Part shown: in pieces, positions 1 to 6,784 of the stretch
Position numbering within the stretch: the first letter of the stretch is position 1
Layout: each line of letters starts with the position of its first letter
Assembly: GCA_046754105.1 (NCBI GenBank)
Contig: JBHHVD010000097.1
Location: forward strand, 1 to 11,116
Origin: Candidatus Krumholzibacteriia bacterium
GTDB lineage: Bacteria; Krumholzibacteriota; Krumholzibacteriia; WVZY01
Length of the DNA: 11,116 bases
Direction of reading: 5' to 3'
Position numbers and translations under genes: made by a program
The notes under the pieces: generated by a model
Told to the model about the DNA's origin: nothing
The model's input: the letters and a program-made list of their open reading frames with translations, nothing else
Database searches by the model: none

Positions 1-153
1 AACTTCGCCACGCCCGTGTTCCGAATCGAGGCGACGGCGACGGGTATCGGCGCCGTGTGGATCGATTCCATGTCGTTGACGCCAACCATCGTACCGGTGG
101 AGGAATCGACCTGGGGTGCGATCAAGGCGATGTACAACTTGCCGACGCCGTGA
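1..153 (+). CDS. 3' end of a probably secreted protein with a C-terminal TWGxIKxxY motif (partial, runs off the window start)
   Basis: Frame 1 is open from base 1 to TGA at 151-153: NFATPVFRIEATATGIGAVWIDSMSLTPTIVPVEESTWGAIKAMYNLPTP*. It is missing from the ORF track. The beta-rich segment ending 'VWIDSMSL' resembles the last strand of a beta-sandwich domain. The stop overlaps the GTG start of the next gene (GTGA). Confidence 0.85.
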   Translation, partial: NFATPVFRIEATATGIGAVWIDSMSLTPTIVPVEESTWGAIKAMYNLPTP

Positions 154-461
154 CACGCGGACAATACAGTTTCCATCCGGCCACCCCGTCGCGCTGGCCG
201 CATATCGAGAAGCTCTTCGGCGGACGCGGAGCTTGCGGCGGGTGCTGGTGCATGGCGTGGCGCCTGCGAACACGCGACTGGAGGGCCGGCAAGGGGGCTT
301 CGATCGCCGAGGGACATCCGGTGGAGCCGTATGCGGAGCGCGTGCCGGACCCCTTCGTGTGGACGGGGATTCCGTCGGCGTTTCGCAAGGCCGGTTTTGC
401 GGAAGTGCTGCGGCGCTCGAAGACGCGTCCCATCATGCGCAGGACCGTCGCCGGCGAATAG
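150..461 (+). pseudogene. GNAT-family N-acetyltransferase (CWC-motif subfamily), apparently with a large in-frame internal deletion
   Basis: GTG at 150 overlaps the upstream TGA and gives 103 aa. The N-terminal 'FHPATPSRWPHIEKLFGGRGACGGCWCMAWR' and C-terminal 'EGHPVEP...WTGIPSAFRKAGFAEV' match this subfamily as I recall it. The central part (PGLLAY..., GWC, CFFV..RRxG motif A) is absent. The ORF-track start at 57 lies inside the upstream CDS. Confidence 0.7.
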
Positions 462-576
462 CCGCACGAGCGGTCCCCCGGCCCGTGCCGAACGGAAGTT
501 CGCGCGGGTGGCGCCGATGGCCCCCCCCCGCCGCGCGCAGCGACAGTGAGCACGGTGGGGGTAATCGGCGACAGGA

Positions 577-605
577 CCCGCGCGCCTCAGACTCCCACGC
601 GCGGG
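577..605. terminator. GC-rich hairpin between convergent genes (possible terminator)
   Basis: CCCGCGCG (577-584), 13-nt loop, CGCGCGGG (598-605), 8 nt past the beta-barrel stop. There is no U-tract. Confidence 0.35.
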
Positions 606-613
606 CGGCCACC

Positions 614-1840
614 CTAGAGGTTGACCGTCACCATGGCGTAGAGCCAGGCGGCCGTATCCGTTCCTTTTTTCTCGTCAAAAATGTCGCGGGGCCCGAAGAC
701 CGACACGCCGCCGGTGAACGCCACGCTCTCCGTGTAGGCGTGGTTGATCGTGACGTCGAGCTCCTGGCCGAACCCCGTTGACGTCGAGCCGTCGGCCAGC
801 CGGTAATCCTCCACCGCGCTGAAGTAATGGTACGCGATCTTCGCCTTCGTCCGCTCGGCCGGCGTCACGGCCACTTCGCCGTGCGCATCGATCAACCCCA
901 ACCCGAACGTGTGGACGGGGATGTTGAGAAAATAGTCCATAAAACCGTAGAACTTGTGGTTCGTTGCGTAGAGCGTGTCGAAGACCTTGAACTTGTCGTC
1001 TGCCGGGTTGTCGTCTCCGCTCAAGTAGTCCACCCCCGCGCTGACGGCCGGCGCCGCCGACAGGGCGGGGAACCGAAATCCCGCGCTGAGCGTGGCCATG
1101 AACGCCTCGACGTCCAGCTCGACGGCGCCGGGCGTTATGTTCCCGCCCTGGTAGGCGAACTCGGTCTCGTGAAAGAAGCGTCCCGCCTTGCCCTGGCTGT
1201 AGAAGCCCACCGTGTAGCGGCTGAGCTCGTCCGACGGCTCCGTCTGCTGCCAGATGAAAAAGACCTGGTTCTTGTAGTTGTCGGAATGTTTGATATCGGC
1301 GTAGGCCCCGTAGATGTTGCGGTCGCCGCGGTCGCCGATCTGCACGCTGTCCACCTCGTTGAATTCGAAGAGATCGACAGAGAAATGCTCGCCATGCAAG
1401 TTGACCATCACGCCGTCGAAGCTTCGCCCGATATTGTCCCAGCCGACCGGGCCGACCAGGCGTTGTGACCCGTAGATGACCTCCATGCGGCCCGCTTTGA
1501 GGCTCACCGGCCACTCGAAGAGATCGTCGACCTTGACGTACGCCTGGTGAAAATCGAGATGATCCGCACTGCCGTCACCCAGCGTGCTCTTTTCCTCGCC
1601 CAGCACGCGCGAGTCCTGCAGCTGGATGAGCGCCGTCACGTCGTCCGACGGTTTGAACGACGCGGCGAGCCGGGATCTGAGAACATTGAAATTGTTGGCG
1701 GCGGAATCATTGTTGAAATCCTTCATGTCGCTCTCGAACCGGTACCGGACCTGGCCCGACAACGTCCACTCCGTCTGCGCGAACACACCAGTGCCGAACG
1801 ACAGACACAACAAGACGGAGGCGAGTACGGATCGCTTCAT
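614..1840 (-). CDS. Alginate export family (AlgE-like) outer-membrane beta-barrel protein
   Basis: 408 aa with a Sec signal peptide (MKRSVLASVLLCLSFGTGVFA|Q). Motifs: 'LSGQVRYRFE', 'LRSRL', 'IQLQDSR', 'HQAYV', 'LKAGRMEVIYGSQRLVG..GWDNIGRSFDG', 'DYLSGD', 'FDTLYATNHKFYGFMDYF', 'GQELD', and an amphipathic terminal strand 'YAMVTVNL'. SD GGGAG lies upstream of the ATG. Confidence 0.88.
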   Translation of the reverse strand: MKRSVLASVLLCLSFGTGVFAQTEWTLSGQVRYRFESDMKDFNNDSAANNFNVLRSRLAASFKPSDDVTALIQLQDSRVLGEEKSTLGDGSADHLDFHQAYVKVDDLFEWPVSLKAGRMEVIYGSQRLVGPVGWDNIGRSFDGVMVNLHGEHFSVDLFEFNEVDSVQIGDRGDRNIYGAYADIKHSDNYKNQVFFIWQQTEPSDELSRYTVGFYSQGKAGRFFHETEFAYQGGNITPGAVELDVEAFMATLSAGFRFPALSAAPAVSAGVDYLSGDDNPADDKFKVFDTLYATNHKFYGFMDYFLNIPVHTFGLGLIDAHGEVAVTPAERTKAKIAYHYFSAVEDYRLADGSTSTGFGQELDVTINHAYTESVAFTGGVSVFGPRDIFDEKKGTDTAAWLYAMVTVNL

Positions 1841-1897
1841 GACAACTCCCTCTGGAAGAATGGTTGTGGGGCGACTTGATAATTGCTGCCGGAGGTG

Positions 1898-1926
1898 AGT
1901 CTATGGCAAATCCTGCTGCGGGTAAA
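1898..1926 (-). promoter_or_regulatory. Candidate sigma70 promoter for the beta-barrel gene
   Basis: Minus strand TTTACC-17 nt-TAGACT, about 57 nt upstream of the ATG. Confidence 0.4.
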
Positions 1927-2039
1927 TACGGAAACGGCCCGGCCGGCGCAGCCTGGCCCGATCGCGCGCGGCGGGCGCGTGGACTGGAAACGGGCGGGCC
2001 GCCCCGGGGCGCGGTTCGTCCCCGGCGTGGAACGCGGGC

Positions 2040-3191
2040 CTACTTGCGCGTCTGAACCACCGGGCCCATGTCGTAGCAGATGATGCTCATCGGTTCGGCG
2101 TCGGTGATCTCCTCTTTTTCCTCGTCGTCTCCGCCGAACATCGCACGCTGCGCCGACCGCAATCCCGTCACCACGTACAGACGATTCCTCACCAGATGAA
2201 ACCCGTCGTCCACAAAGCTGCCCTGCCCGCGGAGGCTCACCTGTCGCGCGAACCTGCCGTCGCGGTCGAAAACGTCGAAGGTGGCGATGGTTCCCTCTGG
2301 CGCGTCGAACCCTCCCCGGCTCGACAGCACCCATAGGGTCCCGTCCTCACGGGCGAAAATCCGCTGGATATCGCGGTCCGTCTTGCTGACCCTGGACTCG
2401 GGCCTTTCCGTGCGGTTGCCCCGCCGAATCATGAGCCGTGGCGTGTTTTGCTCCATCTCCGCGGCCGAGCGATTCCGCGATTCGTACTCTCGCTCGATCA
2501 CCCGCTCGAGCTCGCCGGCGGCGTTGAAGACCGAAATCGAATACGCGTCAAAATCATCGCTGGTGTACACGCGGCCCCCGTCATCGGTGGTCCACTCCAG
2601 CGCGCACCTGCCCAGGGTTTTCTCGTCGACTACCATGTTGGCGAAATCGCGGGAGGCCGAGCGCGTGTGGTAGGTGGCCACTTTCTGTCCCCGGCCGTCC
2701 AAACGGACCAGTTCCGATTCGACTTCGAGGCCGTTGTCCTTGCGTTTGAAGCGCTGCACCGCCACGACGACGTCATCGCCGGACCTCCGCCCGCCGGAGA
2801 ACATGCGCATGCCGTCGAACTCCGGCAACGGGTAGTTGCCCGCGGGGGCGCCGTCCGGGCCGAGCAGGATGATCTTGCCCGGCATGCGCTGCAAGACGGC
2901 AACGTTGCCGCCGGCGGTCAGAAAAAGGTCGGCCGGCCGCTGAAACTCGCCCGGGCCCTGGCCCTGCCGGCCCACCGAGCGCAGGTAGTCGCCACCGGAT
3001 GAGAAAATCATGACCTCGTTCAGTTGCGCGTCGAGTGCGTAGATGTTGCCGTCGTCATCCGAGGTGACGTGTGTCAGGACGCCAAAGAGAATATCGCTCT
3101 CGTCATCGCCGCCGACCCGCCACAATCGCTCGGGCTTTAGCGTCTCGGGCGGTTCGATGGGTGTCGCGGCCCCGGCGACAAAAAGTTTCAC
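2040..3191 (-). CDS. 6-bladed beta-propeller (NHL-like) protein; start uncertain, probably 5'-truncated
   Basis: Signature segments 'LWRVGGDDE..LFG', 'DDDGNIYALD', 'GDYLRSVGRQGQGPGEFQRP', 'YSISVFNAAGELERVI', 'DGTLWV', 'FDVFDRDGRFARQV'. The ORF-track extension to 3317 reads through a strong terminator. The first start below it is GTG 3191, with no SD and no signal peptide. Confidence 0.8.
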   Translation of the reverse strand: MKLFVAGAATPIEPPETLKPERLWRVGGDDESDILFGVLTHVTSDDDGNIYALDAQLNEVMIFSSGGDYLRSVGRQGQGPGEFQRPADLFLTAGGNVAVLQRMPGKIILLGPDGAPAGNYPLPEFDGMRMFSGGRRSGDDVVVAVQRFKRKDNGLEVESELVRLDGRGQKVATYHTRSASRDFANMVVDEKTLGRCALEWTTDDGGRVYTSDDFDAYSISVFNAAGELERVIEREYESRNRSAAEMEQNTPRLMIRRGNRTERPESRVSKTDRDIQRIFAREDGTLWVLSSRGGFDAPEGTIATFDVFDRDGRFARQVSLRGQGSFVDDGFHLVRNRLYVVTGLRSAQRAMFGGDDEEKEEITDAEPMSIICYDMGPVVQTRK

Positions 3192-3227
3192 GGGATGTTG
3201 CCACGGGGCTTCGTCAACCGGGCACGT

Positions 3228-3260
3228 AAAAAAAATGAGCCCCGTCTTTCGACAGGGCTC
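3228..3260 (-). terminator. Rho-independent terminator
   Basis: Minus strand GAGCCCTGTC-GAAA-GACGGGGCTC-A-TTTTTTTT: 10-bp stem with one G-U pair that works only on this strand, a GNRA tetraloop and a U8 tail. Confidence 0.88.
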
Positions 3261-3369
3261 TCCGGCCATCCAATACTCAGCACTTTCCTTCTCAGCAACG
3301 ATGTCCCGGCGGCGCACCTTAGTGCGATTTCGGCCTTGGGTGGCCTGAGGAACCGCGGCACAAACTAGT
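3228..3369 (-). ncRNA. Candidate structured small RNA (about 140 nt), family not recognised
   Basis: Bounded by a sigma54-like promoter (3380-3395) and a strong terminator, with internal hairpins at 3332-3345 and 3313-3326. No credible ORF. Confidence 0.4.
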
Positions 3370-3379
3370 TTGCCAGTAC

Positions 3380-3395
3380 TGCCAATCGGATGCCA
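3380..3395 (-). promoter_or_regulatory. Candidate sigma54 (-24/-12) promoter
   Basis: Minus strand TGGCATCCGATTGGCA: GG-N10-GC spacing is correct, with two deviations from TGGCAC-N5-TTGCA. Confidence 0.5.
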
Positions 3396-3591
3396 TCTCC
3401 CCCTACGCTACACTCACCGGGTCGCGAATCCATGTGCATGCCCGGACGCCGGACGATCAGGTGTCGTCCAACGTCGTGTTGTAACCGTTACGTACTGTTT
3501 ATACGCAACAACCGTACCATTTCGCCCAAAAACACAACTCGAGCCGTGACAGCCAATTGCCGAACGCCGGGTCGTCCCGCCATGCGCCGGA

Positions 3592-3610
3592 GCGCAATAC
3601 GGTTGACACA
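3592..3610. repeat. Left copy of a 19-bp imperfect inverted repeat (partner at 4172-4190)
   Basis: GCGCAATACGGTTGACACA versus the reverse complement of 4172-4190, GCACAATACGGTTGTCACA: 17/19 identical. Confidence 0.6.
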
Positions 3611-3644
3611 GGGGCATCAACGACGTTGATACCGCACTCCCGCA

Positions 3645-4148
3645 CTAGGGCGTGGCATCGGCCACGAGGCTGCGCTTTCGCGGGCGGGTGTTGCGCGTCG
3701 TTACCTCCGCCGGCGGCGAGAGAGCTTCGGAGCCGTCGGTGTGCACGACGCCGAGCGCGTACTGATAGGTCGTCGCCGGCTCTACGTCGCCGTCCACATA
3801 CGACTTTCGCCATGGTCCGATCAGTCCCTCGTCGTTGACGAGCAGGAACTGGAACCCATCCGGGCCCCGCCGGTAAATGCTGAACCCGCGGATGTCCTTC
3901 TCCGAGATTGCGGACCAGGCCAGCTCGACTCCGGACGTGATCGAGTGGGCCTCGAAGTACTGAACGATGCGGGGAGCAGACCGGTTCGGCCCCTCGAACA
4001 TCGATGCGTTGTCGGCCGGCGCAACGGCGCCAGGTTGGTCATGCGCCGGTTGTGAGAGCGTGGGGTCGCCGGGGAACGCGAAGAGAAACCCGGGAACGAG
4101 GACCAGCACGGCAACCCACACCGGGATGTCGAGTCGTTTGCGATTCAT
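3645..4148 (-). CDS. Secreted or membrane-anchored protein with one Ig/fibronectin type III-like domain
   Basis: 167 aa from ATG 4148 (G-rich SD just upstream, sigma54 promoter 40 nt upstream). Hydrophobic N-terminus, Pro/Ala-rich linker, then 'FEA...GVELAWSAISEKDIRGFSIYR...SYVDGDVEPATTYQYALGVV..DGSE'. Confidence 0.75.
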   Translation of the reverse strand: MNRKRLDIPVWVAVLVLVPGFLFAFPGDPTLSQPAHDQPGAVAPADNASMFEGPNRSAPRIVQYFEAHSITSGVELAWSAISEKDIRGFSIYRRGPDGFQFLLVNDEGLIGPWRKSYVDGDVEPATTYQYALGVVHTDGSEALSPPAEVTTRNTRPRKRSLVADATP

Positions 4149-4171
4149 GGTACCCCCCAATGTGCTTGCGT

Positions 4172-4190
4172 TGTGACAACCGTATTGTGC
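4172..4190. repeat. Right copy of the 19-bp imperfect inverted repeat (partner at 3592-3610)
   Basis: TGTGACAACCGTATTGTGC; overlaps the sigma54 -12 element and the predicted start site. Confidence 0.6.
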
Positions 4191-4203
4191 AAGTATGGTG
4201 CCA
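4188..4203 (-). promoter_or_regulatory. sigma54 (RpoN) -24/-12 promoter
   Basis: Minus strand TGGCACCATACTTGCA is an exact match to TGGCAC-N5-TTGCA. Predicted TSS is near 4177, about 29 nt before ATG 4148. Confidence 0.8.
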
Positions 4204-4477
4204 CGGGAAGTGCCGGGAAACGGCGTCGATACGGGCTGAACCATAAACCCGCGGCGTCCCGCGGGATTCATAAACGTTTGCGAACTTCCAGTGCCGTAAC
4301 TCAGGCGGTAGCGAGGGTGCGCTTCGACACGGCACAATCTACCCGGAGCGATGGGGCGCTACCGGGAACTCCGCGCCTCCACGCGATGAGCACATCGTTG
4401 CAAAAGGGGACGCGGCAATCGCAGCGGTGCACGCGCGCCGCCGACGCCGACCCGCGGGACCTTGCGACGGTTCGACG

Positions 4478-6784
4478 TCAGTTGCCGGCAGGGGGCGGGA
4501 AGGTATGGATGGGAATGGGTTTTCGCAGGCGGTCGAGGTAGTCCTGAAGGCCGTCGAGCACCCAGACGGCCTCGTGTCCCCCGGACTCGGACACGATGGC
4601 GAGGCGGGATGCCGTGGGGCTCCAGCAGGGCATCCCGTCGGGCTTCATGTCCCTGGTCAGAAGCAGCGCGCCGCTGCCGTCCGCCTTCACCAGGTAGATA
4701 TCGGTGGCGCGCCAGTGACGCGCCGCAACGGCGAGGAAGCGTCCGTCCGGGCTCCACGCCGGCGCGGACACGACGTCCTTCGGTACCTCGACCCGGGTGC
4801 GCCGGTTTGTGTTTCGATCGAGAACGACCAGTCGCCGGTCTCCATCCACCCACGCGATGCGGTTGCCCCTCGGCGCCGGCGCGGGGTGGGTGTTGCCGCC
4901 GTCCCGGGTCACGCGGAACTGGCGGCCGGTTCGCAGGTCCTTGATCCAGATCTCGACCGCGCCGGATCGGTTCGAACAAAAGACCAGCTCTTCGGCCGCG
5001 CGCGACCACGCGGGCGAAAAATCGTTACCGGCGTCGGACACGACCTCCGTGATCTGGCCGCTGGCGATGTCCACCGAGTAGATGTCGAGGTTGCCCATCT
5101 GCGAGGCGGCGAAGGCAATGCTGCGCCCGTCGCCGGACCAGGCGATCTCATCCTGCCGCGCGCCGACCTCGGCGACCAGCCGCAGCGCCGCGCCCTCAGC
5201 CGTCACCGTGTAAATGCCGCCCACGCCGTTCTCGTCGGTATTGCGAAACGCGATCAGCCGTCCGTCCGGCGACCACGCCGGCACGTGCACGCTCCCCGGC
5301 AGGCGGCTCACCTGCCGCCACGTCAGCGGGTCGGCGTCCCGGATTCGCTCGTAGATTACTTCACCCGTCGGCGCCGCATAGACCTGCCGCCAGCGAACCT
5401 CGCCCGCGATCAGTGCCGCGTCGTGCAGGAGCGGCGCGAGCGCCGGCCTGAAATTGTGCGTCGTCGCGAGATGCAGGGACAGGAGCTGGATTCTCTCTTC
5501 CGTCAGGTGCCGCATCGTGTCCTCGTACGGCGCCATCGGGATCTCCACGTATTCGCCCCCGGTGTAAAAGGCGAAGTACGGTTTTCGATCCGCAATTTTG
5601 TCCCCGGCAGCGACTTTGTCCTTGAAAAACTCGGCCGCTTCGCGAGTGGCCGCGTAGGTTGCGCCCACCGGCTCGAGCAGCTGCGCCCGGTTCCACCACG
5701 CGCCGGCCCCGCTTGTTATAATGAGCAGCGCGTAACCGGCCCCGCGCAAGAAACGATGCCGGAAAAGCCCGGCCCCAATCACCCCGTAGAGGATCATGAC
5801 CGGCACGTACGGGAGTATCCACCGCGCGTCCGAGCGATCCGTAAAGGCTGGAAAAATAAAGAACGGCACCAGGGCGGCCAGCAGGAACCCCGGGCGGTAC
5901 ACCATCGCCGCCAGCGCCAGCGCAAACACGGCCGCGAGAATGTGCCGGTGCAGGAGTGCCAGTTCGTCCGGCAGGCGGCGGAGGTATTTAGCGACTGGAT
6001 TGTGGGCGGCGGCTCCCTCGCTGGCCTCGCGCTCGACCGTTTCCCGCGATACGCCCTCGGCGACCGCTTCGCGCTCCGTCCAGTTGACGGCGACCGATCG
6101 CAGCGCCTCGACCTTGGGCAGGACGACCACGCGGCCGGTCGCTTTCGAGAGGATCACGGAATTGACGGAAGAGAGGAGCACGAACCCGGCGAGCAGTGTC
6201 AGCAGGCGCCGGGGCCGCTTGAAGGTGACAACGGCGAGTGCCGCCACGATCGGCACCGCCTCCGGCCGGGTGATGGCCGCATACCCCATGGCCAGCCCGG
6301 CGAGCGCTGTGCGTGCCCAGGTTTTTTTCGAAAAGAGCCACAGCCCGAGCAGCACCATGAAGATGTAGAGCGACTCGGACATCGACAACATCGAGTACCG
6401 GATCGCCAGCGGGTTGAGCGCCAGCAATACGCTGCACAGCAGCGCGCTCTTTCTGCCCACGAAGTGCCGCGCGAGGGCATAGAGAACGAGTAGCGACCCG
6501 ATGCCCGAGATAAAGGACACGGCCTGCGCCGCCCGCACGCCGTCGCCGATGAGGGGCAGGAAAAGCCCGACCAGAAGCGGGTAGCCCACGGGAAACGACA
6601 CGCCGTGCAGCGACCCCTGCATGAGCGCGCGGGCCGTCGTGATGTAATAGGTGCCGTCGAAGGTGACGAGATCGAACGCGCGCATAAACGGCAGTCGCGT
6701 TGCCATGCCGAGCACGATCAGGATCAGGTGCACGTGGCGGTCGCGCAAGTACCGCCGGGGCGTGGGTGCTGGTTCGGTTTCCAT
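4478..6784 (-). CDS. GT-C fold (ArnT/PMT_2-like) membrane glycosyltransferase fused to a C-terminal TolB-like PD40 beta-propeller
   Basis: 768 aa. Multi-TM N-terminal half with 'TFDGTYYITTARAL', 'FPVGYPLL', 'MSESLY', 'ITRPEA', 'RWILP'. The C-terminus has six PD40 repeats: PAWSPDG, IAWSGDG, PAWSRAA, PAPAPRG, PAWSPDG, PCWSPTA. Confidence 0.85.
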   Translation of the reverse strand: METEPAPTPRRYLRDRHVHLILIVLGMATRLPFMRAFDLVTFDGTYYITTARALMQGSLHGVSFPVGYPLLVGLFLPLIGDGVRAAQAVSFISGIGSLLVLYALARHFVGRKSALLCSVLLALNPLAIRYSMLSMSESLYIFMVLLGLWLFSKKTWARTALAGLAMGYAAITRPEAVPIVAALAVVTFKRPRRLLTLLAGFVLLSSVNSVILSKATGRVVVLPKVEALRSVAVNWTEREAVAEGVSRETVEREASEGAAAHNPVAKYLRRLPDELALLHRHILAAVFALALAAMVYRPGFLLAALVPFFIFPAFTDRSDARWILPYVPVMILYGVIGAGLFRHRFLRGAGYALLIITSGAGAWWNRAQLLEPVGATYAATREAAEFFKDKVAAGDKIADRKPYFAFYTGGEYVEIPMAPYEDTMRHLTEERIQLLSLHLATTHNFRPALAPLLHDAALIAGEVRWRQVYAAPTGEVIYERIRDADPLTWRQVSRLPGSVHVPAWSPDGRLIAFRNTDENGVGGIYTVTAEGAALRLVAEVGARQDEIAWSGDGRSIAFAASQMGNLDIYSVDIASGQITEVVSDAGNDFSPAWSRAAEELVFCSNRSGAVEIWIKDLRTGRQFRVTRDGGNTHPAPAPRGNRIAWVDGDRRLVVLDRNTNRRTRVEVPKDVVSAPAWSPDGRFLAVAARHWRATDIYLVKADGSGALLLTRDMKPDGMPCWSPTASRLAIVSESGGHEAVWVLDGLQDYLDRLRKPIPIHTFPPPAGN

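Noticed and set aside
57..149. ORF-track N-terminal extension of the GNAT ORF
   Set aside because: It overlaps the frame-1 CDS ending at 153. GTG 150 gives a coupled start that matches the family N-terminus.
521..529. C9 homopolymer as a phase-variation tract
   Set aside because: It lies between convergent 3' ends, so slippage would affect neither a frame nor a promoter.
3192..3317. Extension of the propeller CDS to GTG 3317
   Set aside because: It translates through a canonical terminator and U8 tract, and the peptide has no signal-peptide or family features.
3290..3350. Hammerhead-like GGCC-loop-GGCC-GAAA; also c-di-GMP-I-like GGCAAAC just upstream
   Set aside because: There is no CUGANGA core 5' of the stem, and no GNRA-capped P2 or GACGCAAA segment for the c-di-GMP-I motif.
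3380..3405. Fluoride riboswitch-like start GGAGATGGCAT on the minus strand
   Set aside because: It lacks the complementary TCCTCC arm and the downstream GCTGATGAyGCCTAC element, and no crcB/eriC gene is present.
3603..3631. Plus-strand TTGACA as a sigma70 -35
   Set aside because: No acceptable -10 at 16-18 nt, and no sense gene downstream.
4248..4265. Hairpin CCCGCGG-cgtc-CCGCGGG
   Set aside because: Short all-GC stem more than 200 nt from the nearest stop, with only a weak U-tract; expected by chance at this GC content.
4427..6493. 688-aa plus-strand ORF, and other long shadow ORFs (675-1514, 827-1468, 8902-10653, 9503-10837)
   Set aside because: Antisense or off-frame shadows of well-supported genes in high-GC DNA, mostly Arg/Pro/Gly-rich with no motifs.
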